DNA of 23,439 nucleotides from a virus (Duplodnaviria > Heunggongvirae > Uroviricota > Caudoviricetes). The notes under the pieces were generated by a model. That model did no database searches. It was not told the origin of the DNA and saw only the letters and a list, made by a program, of their open reading frames with translations. Positions within the stretch are counted from its first letter, which is position 1, and each line of letters begins with the position of its first letter. The position numbers and the translations under genes were made by a program. The stretch is from positions 1 to 23,439 of IMG/VR virus record IMGVR_UViG_3300045988_013110; one strand, written 5' to 3'. Positions 7,508 to 14,627 of the stretch are shown piece after piece.

Positions 7508-8264
7508 TGAGTACGATCGCTTTCGTGGTGGGCATGACCACTCGACGGCGGTTGCTTCTGCTGACGATGAAAGGGCAAAGAAGGAGCAGGTTGCAAGAAT
7601 TTTCAACGAAATGTTTGTCCAGTTACAGGCTGCATTTCCAGGCAGCATCGCTGCTATCAGCGAGCAAGGAAAGCTAAACGAATTTCGAAAACAATGGATG
7701 CTTGCGTTTCTGGAGAATGGGATCACAACAATGGAACAGGTTAACGCTGGTATGCGCCACGCCCGCGCCAGTGAATCTCCGTTCTGGCCGTCGCCAGGGC
7801 AATTTATCAAGTGGTGCAAAGACAGCAAGATGGTTCTTGGCGTCACCATTGACGATGTGATGGCGGAGTTTCACCGGTACAGCAAGGAAAAAAGTTTATA
7901 TCCTGGTGGTCCCGAAAGATTCCCGTGGCGACATCCGGTTATGTACTGGGTCGTATGTGATACCCGCCGTGCAATGTATCAGCGCCAGCTTAGCGAGATT
8001 GAGGTTGAGAAACACGCGCGCAGGCTGCTCGATGATTGGGCGAAAAAGGTAGCTTCCGGACAGCAGATACCCGATCCGGTGATCAGCATACAGGCAAAGC
8101 GAGAGCCCATGAGTACACCTCCGGACACAGGGAGAGACGTTTACCATCCACCAGGGCGAAGTTTCGGGTGCATGCCTAACGCCGCCACCCTTGGGGGAAT
8201 AACACCGGCGCAGTGGCTGATGGAGGAATACAGGCGGGGAAAGGCGGCAGGATTTATCAAGTAA
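7482..8264 (+). CDS. replication protein P-like helicase loader
   Basis: KQWMLAFLENGITTMEQVNAGMRHARASESPFWPSPGQFIKWC matches, by recollection, the conserved core of lambda P. GAGG Shine-Dalgarno before ATG 7482; overlaps the initiator gene 3-prime end. Confidence 0.8.
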   Translation: MKSTPELLNEYDRFRGGHDHSTAVASADDERAKKEQVARIFNEMFVQLQAAFPGSIAAISEQGKLNEFRKQWMLAFLENGITTMEQVNAGMRHARASESPFWPSPGQFIKWCKDSKMVLGVTIDDVMAEFHRYSKEKSLYPGGPERFPWRHPVMYWVVCDTRRAMYQRQLSEIEVEKHARRLLDDWAKKVASGQQIPDPVISIQAKREPMSTPPDTGRDVYHPPGRSFGCMPNAATLGGITPAQWLMEEYRRGKAAGFIK

Positions 8265-8301
8265 TACCAGCGCGATAGCGCATTTTTTTACGTCTTGATA
8301 A

Positions 8302-8378
8302 TTACCTGTTGGGTAATAAAATATTCTAAAATCTATTGATTTCGTGTCTTATGTGGTTTTTAATTACCTCAGAGGTAA
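8302..8378. promoter_or_regulatory. operator pair upstream of the middle-gene operon
   Basis: Perfect TTACC-N5-GGTAA at 8302-8316 and 8364-8378, centres 62 bp apart. The proximal site overlaps the Shine-Dalgarno (AGAGG) of the gene starting at 8382. Confidence 0.5.
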
Positions 8379-8381
8379 ATC

Positions 8382-8726
8382 ATGAGAAAACAGATACAGG
8401 CTCTTGGTCGACTCAAAACAGGCCAGATGAACAAAACAGAATCTGCGTATTGCCAGCACCTTGAGCAGCGTAAACGTGCAGGGGAAATCGCTTGGTATCG
8501 ATTCGAGGGTATCAAGCTGCGGTTAGCTGACAACACGTTCTATACGCCCGATTTTGCTGTGATGCTCGCTACCGGCGAGATGGAACTGCACGAAGTGAAA
8601 GGTTTCTGGACCGACGACGCCAGAGTGAAAACAAAAGTCGCCGCAGATCAGTATCCGTTCCGAATAATCGGGGTAACGGTTAAACCAAAGAAAGCAGGTG
8701 GCGGCTGGAACATCGAAGAGTTCTGA
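8382..8726 (+). CDS. hypothetical phage protein (DUF1064-like by recollection)
   Basis: 114-aa ORF; pattern YTPDFAV...HEVKGFWTDDARVKTKVAADQYP. Confidence 0.5.
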   Translation: MRKQIQALGRLKTGQMNKTESAYCQHLEQRKRAGEIAWYRFEGIKLRLADNTFYTPDFAVMLATGEMELHEVKGFWTDDARVKTKVAADQYPFRIIGVTVKPKKAGGGWNIEEF

Positions 8727-8787
8727 ATCGACGATCTTTTTAGTTATCAATGTAATCAATAAGTTATGTGGATAAGCGAGGATAAAG

Positions 8788-9372
8788 ATGAAACCGAGTT
8801 ATGAAGAACTTGAAGAGCAACTGAACAGATCTCGACGTCTCTGTGATGCTGCTCTGGCTAATGAGCAGGCATGGGAAACAGCCATGATGCAGGCATGCGG
8901 TGAAGACGGTCCGAAGTCAGTAGCTGATAAGTTTGCGGAACTTGAAGCCAGATGCGCGGCGCTGGCGGCGGAGAGTGCGCTGGCTCGTAAAGCAGTTCAG
9001 GCATTTTGCGATGTTGTTGGCGACAGCACCGAGGTTATCTGCGAGGAGATTGGGCGAGATGGCGTTCTGGTTATTTTGGAGGCAATGAAGGCAACAGGAA
9101 ATATGTCAGCCACCGACGCTTTCCTGGCTGAAATACGTGCGGAGGCACGCAACGAGGGGATTAACTACACCGCAAGCCGTCTTGCTGCTGCGTTCAATCA
9201 CGGATTTATCAATAAGTCTTTGCGTGAAGTTTTCGACGTTACACGCATGATTTTGTCAGCGAAAGAAGAGTTGGCTAATGAACCGCATCCGATTGATGGC
9301 CTGTCCGGTGAATATGCGGAGAAATCCCTTGAAGAATGGGCGGAACAGATTCGCAAAGGAGGCAACCAGTGA
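8788..9372 (+). CDS. hypothetical protein
   Basis: 194-aa ORF with GAGGATAAAG Shine-Dalgarno; predicted helical/coiled-coil N-terminus. Confidence 0.5.
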   Translation: MKPSYEELEEQLNRSRRLCDAALANEQAWETAMMQACGEDGPKSVADKFAELEARCAALAAESALARKAVQAFCDVVGDSTEVICEEIGRDGVLVILEAMKATGNMSATDAFLAEIRAEARNEGINYTASRLAAAFNHGFINKSLREVFDVTRMILSAKEELANEPHPIDGLSGEYAEKSLEEWAEQIRKGGNQ

Positions 9373-9593
9373 GCGGAAAAAGAATGACTAACAGAGAGCT
9401 TGTCGATGCCGCGATTAAGCTTGCTGGTGATTTTTATTCAATGATGGGGTACACGCATCGCCCAGGCTTCAAATATTGGGAGTCTCCTCACCCGCAAGAG
9501 CAACTGGTATTTCAAATGGCCTGCCGTGCTTTTGAGGTTATTCGCGGTTCTGATGTGATGGACGCCGTTGCCGACTTGGAGGATGAAGAGTGA
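9369..9593 (+). CDS. hypothetical protein
   Basis: GTG start at 9369 overlaps the upstream stop (GTGA) and is preceded by AAGGAGG at a 6-nt spacing. Confidence 0.45.
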   Translation: MSGKRMTNRELVDAAIKLAGDFYSMMGYTHRPGFKYWESPHPQEQLVFQMACRAFEVIRGSDVMDAVADLEDEE

Positions 9594-9955
9594 GCGAGAT
9601 TGACTATCAGGCACTGCGTGAGGCGGCAGTAGCAATTGAAACAGTGGCAACGCCTCAAAAATTGCAGGCGTTTCGGATAAAGGTCACACCGTCGGTGGTA
9701 CTGGCGCTGCTGGATGAAATTAAGCGCCTGGAGGACACAAATATTGATGCTATGTGCCGAATTGCAGAACTGGAAGCGAGGGAAGTCGAGTTACCGGACG
9801 GCTACGAACCCCGTATGGGCCACCCAATAAATAGCGGTGAGCGGGTGGTAATGATGCCGCACCACTTTGGTGGATGGCTGGACCGCTTCGACGTCGAACA
9901 CGCATTGCAGGCAGCGGAGATCAAATTCAAAACAGCGGGGGGTGAGTACGAATGA
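9590..9955 (+). CDS. hypothetical protein, Ead/Ea22-like
   Basis: N-terminus MSEIDYQALREAAVAIE... resembles Ead/Ea22-like prophage proteins by recollection. Confidence 0.45.
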   Translation: MSEIDYQALREAAVAIETVATPQKLQAFRIKVTPSVVLALLDEIKRLEDTNIDAMCRIAELEAREVELPDGYEPRMGHPINSGERVVMMPHHFGGWLDRFDVEHALQAAEIKFKTAGGEYE

Positions 9956-10185
9956 TTGAGGGTATTAGCAATAAATCGTTGAACACAGCATGTGTCGACG
10001 GTGGGTTGTTGTACAAAGTGACGTTTACGCAAATCGACAACGAAGATAACGCATTCACTGTGATTTACACGTCGCCAGCGATGGCGCAGAAGTGGGTGGA
10101 TCTGCACAGGCTATGTGGTTTTCGTGTTGAGTGGGGGTGTTATGAGATGCGATGCAGATGGCATCATCGGGGGGATGAAAAATGA
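9952..10185 (+). CDS. hypothetical protein
   Basis: 77-aa ORF, start overlapping the upstream gene. Confidence 0.4.
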   Translation: MIEGISNKSLNTACVDGGLLYKVTFTQIDNEDNAFTVIYTSPAMAQKWVDLHRLCGFRVEWGCYEMRCRWHHRGDEK

Positions 10186-10559
10186 GCACTACGCTTGAGC
10201 AATGGCTGGAACAGCAGCACGGCAAAATTGATGTTGATTGCGGCTGTGTGAGCACTGAAACGCTTATGCACTGGATGCGTGTGGCGTATGAGGCTGGCAA
10301 CTCTCCGGTAACTCCGGAGAGTTGGATAAGCTGTAGTGAACGAATGCCAGAAATGGGAGAGCGACAATGCTATGTGTTAGCTGCTGACTTTAAAAACAAC
10401 TACCCACCAAGCATCCCCAACACTCAGGTCGGCGTATATGGCGACTGGTTTAATGATGGCAAGCCCACTTGGGATGACGGTGGTGGCGAAGACCTGTATC
10501 TCAAGGAGGTAACCCACTGGATGCCGCTGCCAGAACCGCCGGAGCAGGATGGTGAATGA
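10182..10559 (+). CDS. DUF551-like phage protein
   Basis: C-terminal THWMPLPEPP resembles the DUF551 family signature. Confidence 0.55.
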   Translation: MSTTLEQWLEQQHGKIDVDCGCVSTETLMHWMRVAYEAGNSPVTPESWISCSERMPEMGERQCYVLAADFKNNYPPSIPNTQVGVYGDWFNDGKPTWDDGGGEDLYLKEVTHWMPLPEPPEQDGE

Positions 10560-10645
10560 TGCCGCCAGTTAAAGTTGTGATTATCACTTTGGTGATGATA
10601 GTGATTGCGAGAATCATGTCTGGTGAAGTTTGGTGGATATGGTAA
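10556..10645 (+). CDS. candidate hydrophobic micropeptide (29 aa)
   Basis: ATG overlaps the upstream stop (ATGA); GGA-rich Shine-Dalgarno. Product MMPPVKVVIITLVMIVIARIMSGEVWWIW looks like a single transmembrane helix. Below the ORF-track cutoff. Confidence 0.25.
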   Translation: MMPPVKVVIITLVMIVIARIMSGEVWWIW

Positions 10646-10983
10646 TGGCTAAGGCAGCAGCAGAGCGCAAAGCCGCTCAGAGAGCCAGACAAGCTGCATC
10701 TGGTGTGCGTAAGCTGGAGATTGTGCTTGATGCTCAGGAAATTGAAATGCTGGAGCGTAACTGTGCCACACGTCGCCCCGGGCGTGCGCCTTACGAATTT
10801 GGTGAGTATATAGCGTTACTGATCCGCCAGGATGATGCGCGCGTGCACGGGCGTATAAAATCGATCAGCAGAAAACGTTGCGGTAAGTGCGGCGAGAGAG
10901 TTCCTGTGAATTCATGCCCGTGTAATGGTGACTCGCAATGCTGGGTGACTAAAGGCTGGCATGAAACGAAATTAATATTGTGA
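10630..10983 (+). CDS. hypothetical protein with C-terminal Cys cluster
   Basis: C-terminus RCGKCGERVPVNSCPCNGDSQC; last gene before the terminator that precedes the packaging operon. The start could instead be ATG 10645. Confidence 0.45.
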   Translation: MVDMVMAKAAAERKAAQRARQAASGVRKLEIVLDAQEIEMLERNCATRRPGRAPYEFGEYIALLIRQDDARVHGRIKSISRKRCGKCGERVPVNSCPCNGDSQCWVTKGWHETKLIL

Positions 10984-11032
10984 CATGTCACGAGTGGGTT
11001 ATGCATGATGAATTTGATGGGTTTTGAATACT

Positions 11033-11058
11033 GCCGCCAACTATGGCGGCTTTATTTT
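11033..11058 (+). terminator. rho-independent terminator upstream of the terminase genes
   Basis: Stem GCCGCC / GGCGGC with loop AACTAT, followed by TTTATTTT. Confidence 0.65.
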
Positions 11059-11066
11059 GCATGGTA

Positions 11067-11102
11067 CTATTACCACAACGGTAACTATTACCACGGTGGT
11101 TA
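11067..11102. promoter_or_regulatory. operator-like sites and direct repeat at the packaging-operon entry
   Basis: Perfect TTACC-ACAAC-GGTAA (11070-11084) and imperfect TTACC-ACGGT-GGTTA (11088-11102), within a 10-bp direct repeat CTATTACCAC (11067-11076 and 11085-11094), immediately before the TerS start codon. Confidence 0.45.
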
Positions 11103-11701
11103 TGATGCCTGCTGAACCTAAAACCTATAAACGCAAATCAACGCAATTTAAGCCACTAACAGCAATGCAGGAGGCTTATTGCCAGTCATACATCAAAACG
11201 CCTGAAAACCAGACTCAGGCTGCGATTAATGCAGGATTCTCCCCAAATACAGCGGCAGTTAAAGCCAGTGTCATGATGCGCGATGAACGCATTCAGAAAC
11301 GGATTGCCGAGTTGATGGAGGAGCGCAACAAACGAATGCGCGTCAGTGCTGATTACGTTCTCATGCGCCTGGTGGAGATCGACCAGATGGACGTGATTGA
11401 CATTCTCAACGACGATATGAGCATCAAGCCGGTCTCGGAATGGCCTAAGGTCTGGCGGCAGTACCTGACAGGTTTCGAACTGGCCGACATGTTCGAAGGC
11501 CGTGGAGACGAGAAAGAGCTGGTTGGCATCCTCAAAAAAATTAAATGGCCTGACAAGGTGAAGAACCTCGAACTGATTGGTAAGCACGTCGACGTCAACG
11601 CATTCAAAGAACGCCTGGATGTTAATGTGAATGTGACAATTGCTGATCGCATAGCGGCAGCCAGGAAGAGACTGAAAGAACGTCAGGATGGCAATCAGTG
11701 A
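11102..11701 (+). CDS. terminase small subunit
   Basis: Start set at ATG 11102 because the track start at 11024 is a TTG lying upstream of the terminator. HTH-like segment LTAMQEAYCQSYIKTPENQTQAAINAGFSPNTAAVKAS is typical of small terminase subunits. Confidence 0.8.
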   Translation: MMPAEPKTYKRKSTQFKPLTAMQEAYCQSYIKTPENQTQAAINAGFSPNTAAVKASVMMRDERIQKRIAELMEERNKRMRVSADYVLMRLVEIDQMDVIDILNDDMSIKPVSEWPKVWRQYLTGFELADMFEGRGDEKELVGILKKIKWPDKVKNLELIGKHVDVNAFKERLDVNVNVTIADRIAAARKRLKERQDGNQ

Positions 11702-13173
11702 CAGATACAGCGTTATCTCCTGAAGAGCAGTTAATCGAGGATATTGCAGGGTTCACTCACGATCCGCTTGGCTATGCCCTCTATGCGTTCCCATGGGGGG
11801 AAGAGGGGACTGAACTGGCACATGCCACCGGCCCACGTCAGTGGCAGGCTGATGCGTTCCGAGAGATACGTGATCACCTGCAGAATCCAGAGACGCGATA
11901 TCAGCCGCTTATGCTGGCACGTGCTTCTGGTCACGGTATTGGTAAATCCGCATTCATCTCAATGCTGATCAACTGGGGCATGTCCACTTGCGAGGATTGT
12001 AAGGTCGTGGTGACCGCCAACACCGACAACCAGCTACGAACGAAGACCTGGCCGGAAATTATCAAGTGGTCAAACCTTGCTATCACGAAAGACTGGTTTA
12101 CCTGTACCGCTACCGCGATGTACAGCAATGACCCTGGGCACGACAAGCGGTGGCGAGCTGACGCAATCCCCTGGTCTGAGCACAACACTGAGGCATTCGC
12201 CGGACTACACAACGAGCGTAAACGCATCATTGTGGTATTTGATGAAGCGTCGAACATTGCGGATCTGGTGTGGGAAGTTGCCGAGGGTGCGCTAACGGAC
12301 GAAGACACTGAGATTATCTGGGTGGCTTTCGGAAACCCTACACGTAACACCGGGCGTTTCCGTGAATGTTTCCGCAAATACAAACACCGCTGGAAAACTG
12401 CGCAGATTGACAGCAGGACGGTGGAAGGCACCAACAAACAGCAGTTGCAGAAATGGGTTGATGACTACGGGGAAGATAGCGACTTCGTTAAAATCCGTGT
12501 GCGTGGCATATTCCCTGATGCATCTGAATTGCAGTTTATCCCTACCGGTCTTACTGACGAGGCAATGAAACGGGTGGTAACCGCTGCGCAGGTTGCACAT
12601 GCTCCGGTGATAATCGGTGTTGACCCGGCATATTCAGGCGTTGATGACGCGGTGATATACCTGCGGCAGGGGCTACACAGTAAGGTGCTGTGGACTGGCA
12701 ACAAGACTACCGACGATCTGATTATGGCGAAGCGTATCGCTGACTTTGAAGACCAGTATCAGGCTGACGCGGTGTTCATCGACTTCGGTTACGGAACCGG
12801 TTTGAAGTCAATCGGTGACGGCTGGGGTCGTACATGGCAACTTGTTCCGTTCGGTGGCGCGTCTACTGACCCGCAGATGCTCAACAAGCGTGGGGAGATG
12901 TTCAACTCATGCAAGACATGGCTGAGGCTGGGCGGCATGCTGGATGACCAGGAAACAGCGGACGACCTGTCGGCGGCAGAGTACAAAGTTCGAGTGGACG
13001 GTAAAATCGTTATCGAACCGAAGGAAGATATCAAGGAGCGGCTTGGGCGTTCGCCGGGTAAAGGCGATGCGCTACTGCTGACGTTTGCTTTCCCGGTCTC
13101 GAAACGCATAAATATACCAGGACAGCAAAGCCAGCAGGGAAGGGCCATTACAGATTACGATCCCTATGCTTAA
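11698..13173 (+). CDS. terminase large subunit
   Basis: 491 aa; Walker A-like GHGIGKS; GTG start overlapping the TerS stop (GTGA). Confidence 0.9.
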   Translation: MTDTALSPEEQLIEDIAGFTHDPLGYALYAFPWGEEGTELAHATGPRQWQADAFREIRDHLQNPETRYQPLMLARASGHGIGKSAFISMLINWGMSTCEDCKVVVTANTDNQLRTKTWPEIIKWSNLAITKDWFTCTATAMYSNDPGHDKRWRADAIPWSEHNTEAFAGLHNERKRIIVVFDEASNIADLVWEVAEGALTDEDTEIIWVAFGNPTRNTGRFRECFRKYKHRWKTAQIDSRTVEGTNKQQLQKWVDDYGEDSDFVKIRVRGIFPDASELQFIPTGLTDEAMKRVVTAAQVAHAPVIIGVDPAYSGVDDAVIYLRQGLHSKVLWTGNKTTDDLIMAKRIADFEDQYQADAVFIDFGYGTGLKSIGDGWGRTWQLVPFGGASTDPQMLNKRGEMFNSCKTWLRLGGMLDDQETADDLSAAEYKVRVDGKIVIEPKEDIKERLGRSPGKGDALLLTFAFPVSKRINIPGQQSQQGRAITDYDPYA

Positions 13174-13221
13174 TCCGCTGCTGGGGATAATGTCGTTGAT
13201 ATCCTCTGATGAGGATAAAAT

Positions 13222-13250
13222 AAAGCCCGCCAAATGCGCGGGCTTTATTT
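13222..13250. terminator. bidirectional terminator between TerL and the reverse-strand gene
   Basis: Stem AAAGCCCGC / GCGGGCTTT followed by ATTTTT on the plus strand and a T-rich tract on the minus strand. Confidence 0.6.
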
Positions 13251-13258
13251 TTAAATAA

Positions 13259-13606
13259 TTATTTCTTGATAATATTTCCAGACATTGTGCTGGCGTTTCC
13301 ACCAACAGTTTCGCAGATTACATCTCCAGACATGGTGTTTACATTTCCCAATACATTGGAACAATGGACATCACCAGACATAGTTTTCACATAATGTGCA
13401 TCACCGCTTACAGTCACTGATCCATTTTCAATCTCAACACCTTCCACGCTTCCATTAATTGTTACGTTAATCTGTCCGTCAAGATTGCTATTTTTTTCGA
13501 CACCATCAACGATCACTTTTCCATTGTTAATCGTAATATGATGACCAGTGAAGTCTTCTCCGTTGACGCTAACGCTAGCACCACGTACGTTATTGATTTT
13601 AATCAT
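13259..13606 (-). CDS. reverse-strand accessory gene: Gly/Val/Asn-rich beta-helix repeat protein (bactofilin-like)
   Basis: 115 aa; repeated G-x-V/I pattern (ITINNGKVIVDGV..INVTINGSVEGVEIENGSVTVSGD..MSGDVHCSNVLGNVNTMSGDVICETVGGNASTMSGN). Only clear opposite-strand gene in the late region, bracketed by its own terminators. Confidence 0.6.
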   Translation of the reverse strand: MIKINNVRGASVSVNGEDFTGHHITINNGKVIVDGVEKNSNLDGQINVTINGSVEGVEIENGSVTVSGDAHYVKTMSGDVHCSNVLGNVNTMSGDVICETVGGNASTMSGNIIKK

Positions 13607-13714
13607 TATAAATCATCCTCTTTTTGAATCGAGATTAACCTCAGGAGATACTATGACATGTTTTTCATGTATGTCGTAATCTGCATCGATATCATAATTG
13701 TGACGTATCACGCC

Positions 13715-13739
13715 AAAAAAAATGCCCGGCGAACCGGGC
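13715..13739 (-). terminator. rho-independent terminator (minus strand)
   Basis: Stem GCCCGG / CCGGGC with loop CGAA; minus-strand T8 run follows. Confidence 0.6.
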
Positions 13740-13816
13740 GAACTGGAAGCAATGAGTTATGCCTTCCGTGGCTGTACTGGTTTACAGCATGAAGCCATCG
13801 CAATGGCGTCCTGCTG

Positions 13817-13859
13817 TAAAAAGGGCGGTGATAGTCCTTCAAGGGAAACCATCACCGCC
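13817..13859 (-). terminator. candidate terminator downstream of the tRNA
   Basis: 9-bp stem GGCGGTGAT / ATCACCGCC with an 18-nt loop, followed on the minus strand by CTTTTTA. The long loop lowers confidence. Confidence 0.4.
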
Positions 13860-13902
13860 AAGCCCCTGGAACTTCTGGCATCACGGTCCTTAGGCGTGAT
13901 TC

Positions 13903-13979
13903 TGGCGTGGCATGCAGGATTCGAACCTGCGACCAACCGCTTAGAAGGCGGTTGCTCTGTCCAACTGAGCTAATGCCAC
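13903..13979 (-). tRNA. tRNA-Arg (anticodon UCU)
   Basis: Hand-folded 77-nt cloverleaf with CCA: acceptor GTGGCAT/ATGCCAC, D-arm GCTC-AGTTGGACA-GAGC, anticodon stem ACCGC/GCGGT with loop CTTCTAA (anticodon TCT), T-arm GCAGG-TTCGAAT-CCTGC, discriminator G. Confidence 0.85.
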
Positions 13980-14301
13980 AACGCTGAGAGCACTTAGCCT
14001 GTTAAGGCGCCACACTTTGTCGCGGCTCCATAAATGCTCTCATCGTTGTACCCTCGTCTCTTCCGAGGCGTCACACCGAATCGCCGGGATGGTGAATCCC
14101 CGTGCGCGGAATAAAACCGCTCGACTTGCACATTCCGGCTACCTGGTTCGTTTGCCACAGCCAGGGAGGGTGCCCCTTAAACGCATCCAGACCGCTATCG
14201 GCGCATGTGCCATACGCCGTACTGCTCAAAATAAAAGCTCACTCCACCTGTTCAATTTAACGACAAGCCAGTCAGGTTAGTAACCGGAATGAACTCTTTG
14301 G

Positions 14302-14316
14302 TTACCTGAAAGGTAA
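14302..14316. promoter_or_regulatory. operator-like site upstream of the virion operon
   Basis: Perfect TTACC-TGAAA-GGTAA; a GGTAA half-site at 14374-14378 sits at the same 62-bp centre offset. Confidence 0.45.
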
Positions 14317-14406
14317 TAATTCGCGCGTTAAATGTCAACTGTCTACGATAAATAAATCATATGTGGTTAAATTGGTAATAATTTAATTGCGTACGGAGTC
14401 ATTGAT

Positions 14407-14613
14407 ATGTGCATGGGTAGCTCACCATCAGTGCCTGCAACACCAGAAGTTCAGGCAGCACCACAGGAGCAGGATGCCGCCGTTGTTGATGCCCGCGACG
14501 AAGAAACTCGTCGCCGTCGCGCTGCTGCTGGTCGTAGTTCTACGCTGCTTACCGGTTCTCAGGGCGACACATCAACTGCTAATACCAGCGGTAAAACGCT
14601 GCTTGGTCAGTAA
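14407..14613 (+). CDS. hypothetical low-complexity protein (68 aa)
   Basis: GGAG Shine-Dalgarno; its initiation region CGGAGTCATTGATATG is nearly identical to that of the portal gene (CGGAGTCATTGAAATG). Confidence 0.4.
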   Translation: MCMGSSPSVPATPEVQAAPQEQDAAVVDARDEETRRRRAAAGRSSTLLTGSQGDTSTANTSGKTLLGQ

Positions 14614-14627
14614 CCGGAGTCATTGAA

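Noticed and set aside
11024-11101. N-terminal extension of the small terminase ORF
   Set aside because: It would start at a TTG upstream of a rho-independent terminator; ATG 11102 downstream of the terminator is the more plausible start.
13698-13712. CRP-like site TGTGACGTATCACG upstream of the reverse-strand gene
   Set aside because: The arms are separated by 4 bp, not the 6 bp of a CRP site; treated as coincidental.
13722-13973. 83-aa plus-strand ORF overlapping the tRNA
   Set aside because: It overlaps the tRNA-Arg and two minus-strand terminators; the tRNA call is far better supported.
13903-13979. The tRNA as the prophage attachment site or a prophage boundary
   Set aside because: The tRNA is flanked on both sides by phage terminase and portal genes, so it is internal cargo; the attachment site is more likely next to the integrase at the left edge.
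14017-14280. 87-aa plus-strand ORF in the GC-rich region upstream of the tRNA
   Set aside because: No Shine-Dalgarno and an Arg/Ser-rich product typical of random GC-rich frames; the region is treated as non-coding.
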